In this document: positions 20,731 through 30,798 of the stretch, one piece after another
Numbering within the stretch: the stretch's first letter is position 1
Layout: each line of letters begins with the position of its first letter
Source of the DNA: Paramoeba atlantica
Taxonomy: Eukaryota; Protista; Discosea
Direction of reading: 5' to 3'
Assembly (NCBI GenBank): GCA_977017575.1
Contig: CDRNVI010000008.1
Location: 62,001-126,000 of the forward strand
Length of the DNA: 64,000 nt
Position numbers and translations under genes: made by a program
The notes under the pieces: model-generated
Seen by the model: the letters and a program-made list of their open reading frames with translations, nothing else
Told to the model about the DNA's origin: nothing
The model's database searches: none

Positions 20731-20793
20731 GCACCCCCCCCTTTAATACGGAGAAAGTCCAAAAATCTGTCCGTATTAAAGGGGGGGTCACAG
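20731..20793. mobile_element. Orphan pogo/Tc1-mariner-like terminus with internal hairpin
   Basis: CCCCCCCTTTAATACGGA...TCCGTATTAAAGGGGGGG followed by TCACAG|TA. Confidence 0.45.
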
Positions 20794-20850
20794 TACATCG
20801 GAACAGCACATTCACATGCATAAAAAGTTGGTGCGGGGTGCTATGGGAGC

Positions 20851-21315
20851 TCACCTTTGCTCCCGGTGAGGCCCCGGAGTTGCGAGAGGCCTCCATGCCC
20901 CACAACTACCACCTCCCCCCCTTTTTTAGCGGGGGTCGCGCCAGCGACCCCTGATAAATGGGGGGAAGGTGGTAGTTGTTTTGGGTGAAATGAGAGGCCG
21001 AACGCACGGAGGGGCCGGCCGGGCCACTGAGTCATGTGAAAGTGTGACATCCAAAAACTAAACCTAGATTTTGCTTACCCGTCTGCACAACAGAACCGTA
21101 AATAGCACGTAAAGATGGTTGGCCGAGGTACCCAATAAATTCACCTTTGCTCCAGGTAAGGCCCCGGAGTTGCGAGAGGCCTCCATACCCCACAACTACC
21201 ACCTTCCCCCCCTATTTAGCGGGGGTCGCGCCAGCGACCCCTGATAAATGGGGGGAACGTGCTAGTTGTTTTGGGGGAAATGAGAGGCCGAACGCACGGA
21301 GGGGCCGGCCGGGCC
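20851..21315 (+). repeat. Two ~175-bp direct repeats (20851-21025 and 21141-21315), each folding into a nested hairpin
   Basis: Near-identical copies offset by 290 bp. Outer stem ACAACTACCACCT/AGGTGGTAGTTGT, inner stem GGGGTCGC/GCGACCCC. Confidence 0.9.
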
Positions 21316-21384
21316 CATGAGCCTGTGCGGGCGGCTGGTGTATTTATTTTCCTATGCATTGCCACCTTGTTTACCTTTCTATGA

Positions 21385-21530
21385 AATATTCCGATACTTG
21401 TGCAATATTCGCATACTTATGCAATTTTCCTATACTTATGCAATATTCGCATACTTATGCAATATCCCTATACTTATGCAATATTCCTATACTTATGCAA
21501 TATTCCTATCCTTATGCAATATTCCTATAC
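21385..21530. repeat. 19-bp minisatellite related to the one at 18292
   Basis: About 7.5 copies of TTATGCAATATTCCTATAC. Confidence 0.9.
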
Positions 21531-22162
21531 TTCCACCATTATAAACGGGGGCGTAAATATGTGCGCTTAAACGGGGGTGTCTGCCTGGGTGTGCTTAAGG
21601 AGGGGAGCAGTATTGCTTTGTTCTCCAATCAACCCGCGGCGATAACAATGCGACAAGTAGATGTTTGGGTCGCAATATATGTGATCAATCAAGATCAAGC
21701 CATGCGACTTTGGTGCCTTATCAATGAGAAGCATCCACACTTGCATCACCGCGAGGACAGTCGCATCGTCGCGTTCCACTCACTTGCCAACAATACGATT
21801 GATTAGTACAGCGATAGACTAGCACAGTGTAGCGATTAAAGCCACGCAAATATTCTAGCCTTCGTAGTAAACGATTCCCGTAGTAGTAGCGATACGCCTC
21901 TTAGTAAACGATGTGGGGTCGTTCAGAGCTCGATCCACGGATCCGATTTCGATCACCAGTGTGTCGGGCAAGGGGCTCGCCATTTTGCGTCGGCTTTCCC
22001 AAGCTCTAGAACTTATTGGATGCCAACGGCGCAATCAATTTTTTGTGTACCAAAAAATATGGCCCAAATATGGGTTTAAATTTGGCATTTTCAGCTGGTA
22101 TTTTCACCCCAAAAAACTGAAATATTCTTGACTTTTTAGATACTTTTGGTATACTTTTAGTA

Positions 22163-22290
22163 TTTATTTTCTTTTTTAGGCTCTTCGTTAAACGCGAAGG
22201 TAATTTTCAATGCGAAGCGCGCAGCATTGGCGCTTTCTAAGTTGAAAGCAACCACTGCGTTCAACGAAGAGCCTAAAAAGAAAAAATTCA
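22163..22290. mobile_element. Short hairpin MITE, copy 1
   Basis: TTTTTAGGCTCTTCGTTAAACGCG...TGCGTTCAACGAAGAGCCTAAAAA; a homologous copy lies at 34942-35068. Confidence 0.7.
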
Positions 22291-22583
22291 ATACTTCATG
22301 CTTTTCTTCCTGATTTCAATGAGTCCCCATTCCATGATGAAATTCACATCACTAATCACACAGATCGAGTCTTTCACTCACATGATTGCTTAACGTCATA
22401 GTTACACTGATATGGTATACCAAGAGCGACTGTTAGATCTTTTGATAATCATTTTTTCATATCAGCTGAGGATCTTAGATTTTCACACATGCTAATTTAT
22501 CATCCTTCAACACTTTTTCGCAAAACCTTTGGAATTCTCCATATTAATAATTTACATCGACAACTAAATTTTTGGTATCATCC

Positions 22584-23510
22584 ATGACGTCTCGATCGCA
22601 AAACCAAACATATGTTCAAGATCGAACGTTTCTCAACGCTGACCACAGCATGCGAGAGCCAACAGATACCCGAACTAGCAGTTCTAGACAGAGCACTGTA
22701 ACTCCTACTAGCTCTCTTCTTTCCTCCAAACTTACCGACGCAATCCAAACCCTCGTCAACGCAACACCTGACTCTACCACAACCAGCTCCTCTGAGCATG
22801 TCAACCGACTTTCTACCCTTATCGAAGCCCAACTGAACACCATTACCCCTGAACTCTCCATCGGACGTGGAAGCTGTGTCACAGACGCAACGAACAACGA
22901 CAATGACAACGTTGGGTTGGATTCCACCTCCTTGGCTGCTTCCTCCTTCTCCTCTACCACCCCAATTCCTGGAGTTTCCGTTCTTCCCTGGCGTGATCCG
23001 TTTGAGGGGGAGGACACCTCTGGCCCTACCCCCCATGGCGAGAGTCTTCCCTCCCACCCACGTTACGCCTACGACCCGAGCACCATGTGGCCTTCGGGCT
23101 CCGACGTCCATCTCTTCACGACTACAGGGGGAACTCGTAACACCCATCGTGTTCCCGAGCCCCTTGATAAAAGGGAGGAGGCGGGGGAACGGGAGACAAG
23201 GCACGAGGGGGGAGAAAACTCTCCCCCAGGTCGTGAGTTCTCTGTGTCTGCACGGCAGAAATCGACACAAGGTCGTACGGTGTACTCCGCACGGTCCCAT
23301 TCCCGTTCCCACCCCCGGGAGGGGGAGTATGGGCTCACGCCCGGGGAGGGGGGAGGGGGGGTAGCAGCAGCCATGGAGGGGGAGAGTCCTCCCGGGGACC
23401 TCCTTTCTACGCTGTCTAGCCCCCCAGAGGAGTTTCTTTCTCCACTTGGGGTGTCTCCGATTATGGTGCATACCGCGGAGAAAATTGCAAGGAGGGAGGG
23501 AAGGGGGTAG
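22584..23510 (+). CDS. Hypothetical Ser/Thr/Pro/Gly-rich disordered protein
   Basis: 308-codon ORF from ATG 22584 on the cluster strand; no recognisable domain. Confidence 0.45.
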   Translation: MTSRSQNQTYVQDRTFLNADHSMREPTDTRTSSSRQSTVTPTSSLLSSKLTDAIQTLVNATPDSTTTSSSEHVNRLSTLIEAQLNTITPELSIGRGSCVTDATNNDNDNVGLDSTSLAASSFSSTTPIPGVSVLPWRDPFEGEDTSGPTPHGESLPSHPRYAYDPSTMWPSGSDVHLFTTTGGTRNTHRVPEPLDKREEAGERETRHEGGENSPPGREFSVSARQKSTQGRTVYSARSHSRSHPREGEYGLTPGEGGGGVAAAMEGESPPGDLLSTLSSPPEEFLSPLGVSPIMVHTAEKIARREGRG

Positions 23511-23740
23511 GAAATTGGTGTGGGAGGGGTTTGCCCGCCCATTCGGGGAAGTTTGATAAAAGTGCACAATACATGTTTTGGTTTTTTATTTTTTAAAAGA
23601 GAGTGGAAATATGTCGTTTCGTGTGTTTTCACACGGTTTGTGAACGTGTAGAAATGATTTAAGGGTTGACGTTATTCATGTATGAAACTGGCTTTAACGG
23701 ATGAGGAATTTGATATTTTTCATATCGAATACGTAAATAA

Positions 23741-25999
23741 ATGTTGCAGCGCACAATTAAACATGTGGCTCGACACATGCGAAAATTGAATTTCTCGGAG
23801 AGGCCGAATCGTCCTCGAGAGGATCGGTCTCATACGTCAAACAGAGAATTCTCTCGTTCAAAGCAAAACGCTGGCACCGGAAAGGCAAGGTCGCCCAACA
23901 AAAACCAAGCCGATCATGAGTTCATGTCTCGTCCTCTTTCATCCACTTACCTTAAACGCGCTTCTCCTTACACCAGAACGGAGGATGGAGGAGCCATACG
24001 AGACATTCCACTTACCTACGAGCCGTACGAAAAGGAAAAGTACATGCGATTCGACCATCCACTGCGTCGATGTCCCTCCGAGGAGTCACGCAATGTGCCA
24101 CTGGACATCGAAGAGGACAACGTTTTCTCCAACGAAAAAGCGGAGGATTTTCGTGAGCCGGACCCCCAAGTCAAGCCTCTTCAGGCGAAATCCAGTCGCC
24201 GTAAAGCCCGACAGCAACATAGCACAGAGCAACGAGACTCGGCTAAAAAACGACTACAGGACTTAGTTCAAAAACCAGCGTACGCATCCCAGGCAGTGGA
24301 GCGCAGAGCGCAATCTCAAAAGCTTGCGGAGGACGTGATGTGGCCCGGCACCGTACTCCGTGACCCCTACGGTCATGTCATTCAGCACCTCGCCACCCTC
24401 AACGGAAACCCTGGATACCGCAACCGGCGGCGTACCTTTGTAGTCACCGGGAGGAGAGTGATTGAGGATATTGCCAACCGCATGAAAATCTTTCCGGAAT
24501 TACTTGTGGTGGATGCCAAGAAGCCGCTTCCGGCGATTTCAAAAAAGGAAATGAGTGGGGAAATCGTGAAGGCAACGGCCCGAGCGATGAGAACCATAGA
24601 CCCCGGCCACGATGGCTACATTGGGGAATACAATATCCCACCCTGCGCTCCAAAAGAGCTTTTGTTTGCCTCCCCTCGACAAATGACCAACTGGATAGTC
24701 CTGGATAACATTGCGGATCCCGGCACCCTTGGAAATCTACTCCGTACTGCTACTGCATTTGCTTACGATGCGGTTGTGATGACAAATCACTGTGCTGACT
24801 TTTTCGATAACCGGACGGTACGTGCGGCCCGTGGGGTTCATTTTCAGAAACTCACCCAATTTATAGTTCTCAAAGAAGAGGATGGGGATGACACCAGTGA
24901 GTTATTAAACCAAATGCTAGAGCACCACCATGCACAGCCTTGGGTATACAGCCCCACATTTGACTCGAAAACTGCAGAATTGCTTCGTGCATCCTCTTTA
25001 CCGGATGACCCAACAAAATCACACTCCCCACCTTCTTCCTCTGACATCCTGCAACCCCCCACGCGTCCTCTTCCCGTCGCCACACTCTCCGAGGTTCGTC
25101 AAACCATGGTCCAGCGCGACCTCCTTCTCTCCAACCCCAACCCCCCCTCCCCCCTGCATCACCCCCACCCCTCCCCCCTCCACCCCACCCGGCACATCCC
25201 CTGTCTCGCCTCCAGCAACGCCCTCTTCCTCGGCGACGACAAAGCCCAAACCCTCCTCCCTAAACTCTCCACCCGACTACGCACCCCACCCACACGCATC
25301 ACCCTGCTCGAGGAACCCCTCCCTTTTACTTTTACCTCTTCTTCTTCTTATTCTTCTACTCCTTCTTCCCCCCACCATGACCCACCCCCCCTCGAGCCCC
25401 TCCCCCTCCTCCCCGCCGCCGCCATCCTCCTCTACAACATGCGGCACACCCACAAGTGGGAACGGCTCAACCCCACCGAGGCCGCCGCCCTGTCCCCCAC
25501 GACCCCGTCGGCGGCTGAGGCCCAGCGTGCCTTCATGCCCCCCGGCCCGCTGGGGACCCCGGAGCCCAACCTCGTGGGGGGGGTCGAGGTGCGGGGGCTG
25601 TATGAGGGGATCCAGGCCGCGCGGGTGGGGCGGCGGCTGGGGCGGTGGGCGCGTGGGGATGAGGAGAGGTGGGAGGACGGGGAGGTGGCACGGATACGGC
25701 AGGGGGCGGTGCGGCATAGGGCGTGGATGGAGGGGGCGGTGGGGGGGGAGGGGATGCAGAGCGGGGAGGGGGGAGGAGAGGATGCAGAGGGGGTAAAGGA
25801 GGGGGAGGGGGGAGGGGATCCGTATGGGTATGAGGTAGAGGGGAAACGATCGGGTGGGGATAAGGTGGGGTATCCGGATTATGTAAAGGATACGTTGCCA
25901 CGACCGTATAGTCGGGAGGATGTACGAGAGGATGCGATGAAAAGGATGACGTACCGCAGGCCTTCGGTCTATGGGAAACTTGTGGGAAATCGGAGGTGA
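23741..25999 (+). CDS. SpoU/TrmH (SPOUT) RNA methyltransferase-like protein, MRM3-like, probably mitochondrial
   Basis: FVVTGRRVI substrate-binding-like motif and WIVLDNIADPGTLGNLLRTATAF...DFFDNRTVRAARG (SPOUT motif 1). The C-terminal motifs are degenerate. Confidence 0.75.
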   Translation: MLQRTIKHVARHMRKLNFSERPNRPREDRSHTSNREFSRSKQNAGTGKARSPNKNQADHEFMSRPLSSTYLKRASPYTRTEDGGAIRDIPLTYEPYEKEKYMRFDHPLRRCPSEESRNVPLDIEEDNVFSNEKAEDFREPDPQVKPLQAKSSRRKARQQHSTEQRDSAKKRLQDLVQKPAYASQAVERRAQSQKLAEDVMWPGTVLRDPYGHVIQHLATLNGNPGYRNRRRTFVVTGRRVIEDIANRMKIFPELLVVDAKKPLPAISKKEMSGEIVKATARAMRTIDPGHDGYIGEYNIPPCAPKELLFASPRQMTNWIVLDNIADPGTLGNLLRTATAFAYDAVVMTNHCADFFDNRTVRAARGVHFQKLTQFIVLKEEDGDDTSELLNQMLEHHHAQPWVYSPTFDSKTAELLRASSLPDDPTKSHSPPSSSDILQPPTRPLPVATLSEVRQTMVQRDLLLSNPNPPSPLHHPHPSPLHPTRHIPCLASSNALFLGDDKAQTLLPKLSTRLRTPPTRITLLEEPLPFTFTSSSSYSSTPSSPHHDPPPLEPLPLLPAAAILLYNMRHTHKWERLNPTEAAALSPTTPSAAEAQRAFMPPGPLGTPEPNLVGGVEVRGLYEGIQAARVGRRLGRWARGDEERWEDGEVARIRQGAVRHRAWMEGAVGGEGMQSGEGGGEDAEGVKEGEGGGDPYGYEVEGKRSGGDKVGYPDYVKDTLPRPYSREDVREDAMKRMTYRRPSVYGKLVGNRR

Positions 26000-26139
26000 G
26001 GAAACTTGGTTGGGTGATTTTGTTGTTGTTTTCTTTTGCAAAGTTGTGTCTTGTACAAGGTAATAGATTTTAAAAGGATGCTGGTTTACTCCTATCTTCT
26101 GCAAAATTATACACGTGTTACATTTTTTTTTATTAACGT

Positions 26140-27204
26140 ATGGGTGAGGTACCTCGACCTAGCCTAGAAGGACTTCTAGATGCGAAGGCTCCGAAATGGA
26201 TTTTCGTCGGAGGCAAAGGAGGTGTTGGGAAGACAACGACAAGCTGTGCGCTCTCATGCCTCCTTGCGTGGACGCCGTTGCGCAACGAGGAAAGCAAAGA
26301 GTCGAGAAAACGGCGGGTTCTCATTATTTCCACCGATCCCGCTCACAACTTAAGCGATGCTTTTGGGCAGCCCTTTTCAAAGACTCCCACGGCTGTCAAG
26401 GGGTTGGAAAATTTACACGCGATTGAAATTGACCCCAGCGCACTTACGAAAGACAAGGATTACTTTGCGGATTGGCACTCCAAGGAGAACGACTCGGTGG
26501 ATTCCACCCAAGGTACTTTTCGTAATCTTTTCGGGGTTCTGCAAAATGCAGCCGCGTCGTTTCCTGGAATTGATGAGGTCACTGTTTTTGCGGAGTTAAT
26601 GCGAGAAGTCCAGCAGTTGAACTACGACACAGTTGTGTTTGACACGGCGCCTACCGGACACACCCTTCGTCTATTGGCGTTGCCCCATACATTAGCCGAC
26701 GCGCTAGACCGCCTGCTGGATTTGCAAGGCATGACTACATTATTAAATGCTGCTTCTCAGTTCATGGGAAATGCCACCGATATGAGCGCAGGCACTTTTA
26801 CGGAAAAGGTCCAGCACTGGCGGGGGCAAATCAAGGAGATCCAACAGCGGTTCACGAACCATGAGGAGACCACATTCGTGTGTGTTTGTATTCCGGAATT
26901 TTTGTCTGTGTACGAGACAGAGCGATTGATTCAAGAATTGGCAAAGTATGACATTGCGTGTGACCACGTGGTCGTGAACCAGCTTGTGCGAAGACCAAAA
27001 AACGAGTCACCGTGTCGTATGTGCGATGCGCGGGTACGCATACAGAGTAAGTACTTGGAAGAAATTACGGAATTGTATGAAGATTTTCACATAGTGCAAA
27101 TGCCGCTTATGTGTGATGAAGTTCGCGGAGTCGAGAGCTTAAGTCTTTTTGGCAAATACCTTCTCACTCCATACAACCCTGACCGTGACGGCTATCTTAT
27201 GTAG
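26140..27204 (+). CDS. GET3: ATPase GET3/ASNA1 (ArsA family)
   Basis: WIFVGGKGGVGKTT, ISTDPAHNLSDAF, FPGIDE, VFDTAPTGHTLRLL, IPEFLSVYETERL, CRMC. Confidence 0.96.
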   Translation: MGEVPRPSLEGLLDAKAPKWIFVGGKGGVGKTTTSCALSCLLAWTPLRNEESKESRKRRVLIISTDPAHNLSDAFGQPFSKTPTAVKGLENLHAIEIDPSALTKDKDYFADWHSKENDSVDSTQGTFRNLFGVLQNAAASFPGIDEVTVFAELMREVQQLNYDTVVFDTAPTGHTLRLLALPHTLADALDRLLDLQGMTTLLNAASQFMGNATDMSAGTFTEKVQHWRGQIKEIQQRFTNHEETTFVCVCIPEFLSVYETERLIQELAKYDIACDHVVVNQLVRRPKNESPCRMCDARVRIQSKYLEEITELYEDFHIVQMPLMCDEVRGVESLSLFGKYLLTPYNPDRDGYLM

Positions 27205-27445
27205 AAGTTACTTGTGTATTAGTGTCACAATAGCGTTTTTCAGTGGAATGAACTGTCTTGGATTGTGTTTTTGCTAGCTTTCATTCTTAACTCTGGAGGC
27301 ATTAAGTAAACATAAGAATTGATAGAAAATTGCTATTCCATCAACGCTAAACTTATTTCTAATTTATCACCAGAAATGTTCAACATTTATTTAAATCTCG
27401 ACCAACGAACAAATAAATGCTTGGGAGTCATGGGGGTGGCATCCC

Positions 27446-28369
27446 ATGAGCATGGCCGACTTAGCTGGGATTCTACTACAGTATATTTTAGCATTGTTTT
27501 CTTGTGCCGTTATTTTTAAAATGTCTTCTTTTACATTTAGTCCGCAACTAACACTGCGATCATTCAGCCGGCGCGTGTCGGCACAACGGCTTGCTGCAGA
27601 GGACGCTCCACCGATTGTTCGCCCTGGTAAAGTACGAGCGAACTTGCCCCAAGAGTACGATCTTTCCAGATTTGTTGAGCTCATTTCTAGTCCACATTCT
27701 TCTTGGAACGTTTCTTTGCCAGCGTGTGATTGGTATGGTGTTATTTGTGACAAGGCACGATACGTTACGGAGATGCAGTGGCGTAATTACAAACTTCTGG
27801 GATCACTCCGTTTGGATTTTTTACCCAGAACGGTACTACATTTCAATGTGTGGGATAACAAGCTCAAAGGGACAATTCCATTCGACGCGATGCCACCACA
27901 CCTTCGTAGTCTTCGTGTACAGTGTAACCTTTTTACAGGCCAGCCGGATTTAAGTCATTTGCCACGCAAATTGATCATACTTGATCTACATACCAACCGA
28001 TTTGATGGTACTGTAAATATTTCTCATCTGCCACCTAACTTGCGGGATTTAGACATTCATGGCAATAATTTTTCTGGTAAGCTCGACATCACACGGTTGC
28101 CACGAAAGATGACTTACGTAAATTTCTCGCACAATCGATTCACAGGCCCGCTTCACCTACATCAACTGCCCACATCACTTTTAGTGCTTGACGCAAAAAA
28201 TAATCTATTCTCTGGGTTAGTGAAGTTTGACGGTCTTCCTGTTTCATTGCGCTCGTTAAGCCTAGAAAACAATAAGAAGCTTTCCGGTGAATTTAACAAG
28301 TCTGATCTTTCGGGGGATTATAATTTTATTAGTGTAGGTGGTACTGGGATTATAGAATTGGGTCGCTAA
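27446..28369 (+). CDS. Leucine-rich repeat protein (probable start ATG 27521)
   Basis: ACDWYGVIC cap followed by LxxLPxxLxxLxLxxNxFxG repeats. Confidence 0.9.
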   Translation: MSMADLAGILLQYILALFSCAVIFKMSSFTFSPQLTLRSFSRRVSAQRLAAEDAPPIVRPGKVRANLPQEYDLSRFVELISSPHSSWNVSLPACDWYGVICDKARYVTEMQWRNYKLLGSLRLDFLPRTVLHFNVWDNKLKGTIPFDAMPPHLRSLRVQCNLFTGQPDLSHLPRKLIILDLHTNRFDGTVNISHLPPNLRDLDIHGNNFSGKLDITRLPRKMTYVNFSHNRFTGPLHLHQLPTSLLVLDAKNNLFSGLVKFDGLPVSLRSLSLENNKKLSGEFNKSDLSGDYNFISVGGTGIIELGR

Positions 28370-28667
28370 GTAGTTATTGTATTCCTATATTTAAGATTTT
28401 TTTGATATCGGGTCGTTTTATTTCGGATCTCAGAACCTTCGCAACTTGACCTCCTATTCACTGTACGAGTATTTCCTCTATTTAAGGGTCAAAATGTCTA
28501 AAATATGTACCTAAAGTAGTTAGACAGTAAGTTTGTCGCAAATACACGAGTAATAAAATTAGTCCTGAGGTTGAAAGTTATGTCAAGGCACAGGCGCGAT
28601 CATTATTTTAATTAATACATACCACTCTTAGGCTTCTCTTGTGAGTAATGAATAACTTTTATTCCTA

Positions 28668-29060
28668 ATGCACTTTAATCCATATGGTGGTTGGTCTCAA
28701 CAACCTTCTGGTGGATCCAACAAGCCCCCACGGTCTCGGTCAGGTGTGCCACCCCCGTACTCCAGCACTCGTGCTGCACAGACTCCCTTTCGAAAATCTT
28801 CCAACGTTGCGGATTTACACTCTTCTGAATTAGAACATCTTGAGCGATATTGTGAAAAAAGGCTTCTCAGCAATACGTGGAAAGTTGAAATGCAAGAATG
28901 GGTAAGGGATCGAGTCACTGAGCGTCTCTCTGAAGGCAAACCGATTATAGAAGACGAGCTTGTCGAGGAACTGATGCCCATAGCACGTAGTCGAGTCCCT
29001 CCAGAAATTGTTAATGATGTTTTGGGGCGAATTCTGCTTCATACTCGCGGTAACTCGTAG
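28668..29060 (+). CDS. ENY2: ENY2/Sus1-like protein
   Basis: WKVEMQEWVRDRV...IIEDELVEELMPIARSRVPPEIVNDVLGRI matches the EnY2 pattern. Confidence 0.7.
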   Translation: MHFNPYGGWSQQPSGGSNKPPRSRSGVPPPYSSTRAAQTPFRKSSNVADLHSSELEHLERYCEKRLLSNTWKVEMQEWVRDRVTERLSEGKPIIEDELVEELMPIARSRVPPEIVNDVLGRILLHTRGNS

Positions 29061-29499
29061 GAAGAGTATTAAATCCGGGGATCTTGTATATTAATCTTAA
29101 CCGTTTTTCTAAATCCAAAAACCGACCGATCAATTTCTCTAAATTTTATTTCTTACGATGAATCAAGAAACAACTAAGAAGAAACGAAAGCACTGCAGGC
29201 ATTTTTTTCACAAGGTTGTATAACTGGAAACTCATTTGAACCAAGAAAAATAATTAAAAATAAAATGTAAAATTTAGAGATTTTCCACGTTTATTTATTG
29301 AACGTCTAAATTTTGTAAATTTTATTGTCGCATACCGCTTCTTGTGGGATCATTCGTTCATGCAAACAGGTCAGAGGGAAGACTAACGTATAGAGAGGTC
29401 ATGATTCAAACAAGGAAGAGTGGGAGATGAATTTCATTGCAAACTTTGCGCATGCTGAATCTCAATGGTTACATTGTAAGTGACCAAAATTGATAGTTC

Positions 29500-30798
29500 A
29501 TGCACGTCAAAGTAGCTAACCACATCACTTATTTAGCGCGACGTAGCTACACTACCGCTGAAAACGCTTCTGCTAGAACATCGCTTATCTTTGTCGAGCC
29601 TCCTGACCGCGAGACACGCCTTCTCAGTGCGATACGTGGCCAGTGGTCGAGTCTATCATGGGACGATGGATTGAAGTTGATAAAACATCTTTCCCTAATC
29701 AATCTTTCTCGTAGCATCTTGCTTCACGCCTGGTCTGAGAAAAGGTCGTGGCTTGAGGTTCTTAGAGCATTTTCTGCCGCGAACGACCATCTAGTGACAG
29801 CGCCCCTACTATCGCACTTGGGTCTCTTAATAGCCCGGAAAGCTCCGCTGTCCTTTCTTATGCACTTGTGCGCAACTGATAAAAATCTTAAAAGTAATAA
29901 CGGTGCTTCTGTTTGTGTTACTACTAGGTGTGGTTTCCAAGTCAATTTTTGTCTAGAGCGAAGACTCCAAAGCTGTCCACACCTCTTGTTAGAAATGGTA
30001 TCAGTCCGGTACTTGAGGCTTAAGGACGCAAGGTGCAAAGAGCTGACGAATACAGCAAGACCAGAACTTGATCTTCTCGATCAATCATGTGCCATGGTGA
30101 ATAACATGGACTTTTTTGAACAACCGAAATCCCTCTCAATCGCTATTCAACTTCTATTAGAACATCGCTTCTTGTGGGTAAAAGGGATACAAATGGCGTC
30201 TGATAATCGGACCCCCGAACGAAGCGCCTTAGCATGTACAAAAGTTCCTTCCTCACTGTGGCTTGCCGCAATGAAAATATTTGGACCCTTTCCTGGATTC
30301 CTTGCTACTTCGTGGAATACTTGTCTGAATTTCCTTTTAAAGAACCATAATTTTATCCGTGCGTTACGCGCTACACGATGCAGCGTTGATGAAACTTCCA
30401 AGGATATCAAGCACGTTGAACATGATTCTGAAAACAGTATGCTATCGAATTCTACAACAGGAATTAGTTTTCTTATGAAACGTATAGCGATTCATGTTGT
30501 CACATCGCACAATCGTTTGCCTACACGCAGCTATTGGGATAAATCACTAGGTTGGGTTCTTCAAAACATTCCTGGATGCGTACCAGAGTCGCCCACCTAT
30601 TTTTCTTTTTCCGATGCCAATTTCCTGCTCAAAACTTGGCCAGACCTTGTAAAAGGCATAACTTTAGAGCTATCTAAAAAATCATTTTGGCTTTCGGCTC
30701 TTGCCCCTCTGAGCGTCTCCCTTTGTCAAAGTGCTCGTTGGGATGTTCTTCTTCGTACTTTAGCCAACCACCACCTTTTGTATGGACGAAGAACGTAA
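29500..30798 (+). CDS. Hypothetical helical-repeat protein, N-terminal part (possible mitochondrial presequence)
   Basis: 432-aa ORF with recurring W-x2-(A/G/V/C)-L helices. Ends at a TAA that is in frame with the next ORF. Confidence 0.65.
   Translation: MHVKVANHITYLARRSYTTAENASARTSLIFVEPPDRETRLLSAIRGQWSSLSWDDGLKLIKHLSLINLSRSILLHAWSEKRSWLEVLRAFSAANDHLVTAPLLSHLGLLIARKAPLSFLMHLCATDKNLKSNNGASVCVTTRCGFQVNFCLERRLQSCPHLLLEMVSVRYLRLKDARCKELTNTARPELDLLDQSCAMVNNMDFFEQPKSLSIAIQLLLEHRFLWVKGIQMASDNRTPERSALACTKVPSSLWLAAMKIFGPFPGFLATSWNTCLNFLLKNHNFIRALRATRCSVDETSKDIKHVEHDSENSMLSNSTTGISFLMKRIAIHVVTSHNRLPTRSYWDKSLGWVLQNIPGCVPESPTYFSFSDANFLLKTWPDLVKGITLELSKKSFWLSALAPLSVSLCQSARWDVLLRTLANHHLLYGRRT

Noticed and set aside
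13576-20795. One 7-kb pogo-like element bounded by 13576 and 20793
   Set aside because: The end motifs are only loosely similar, the left end lacks the TA, and no transposase links them.
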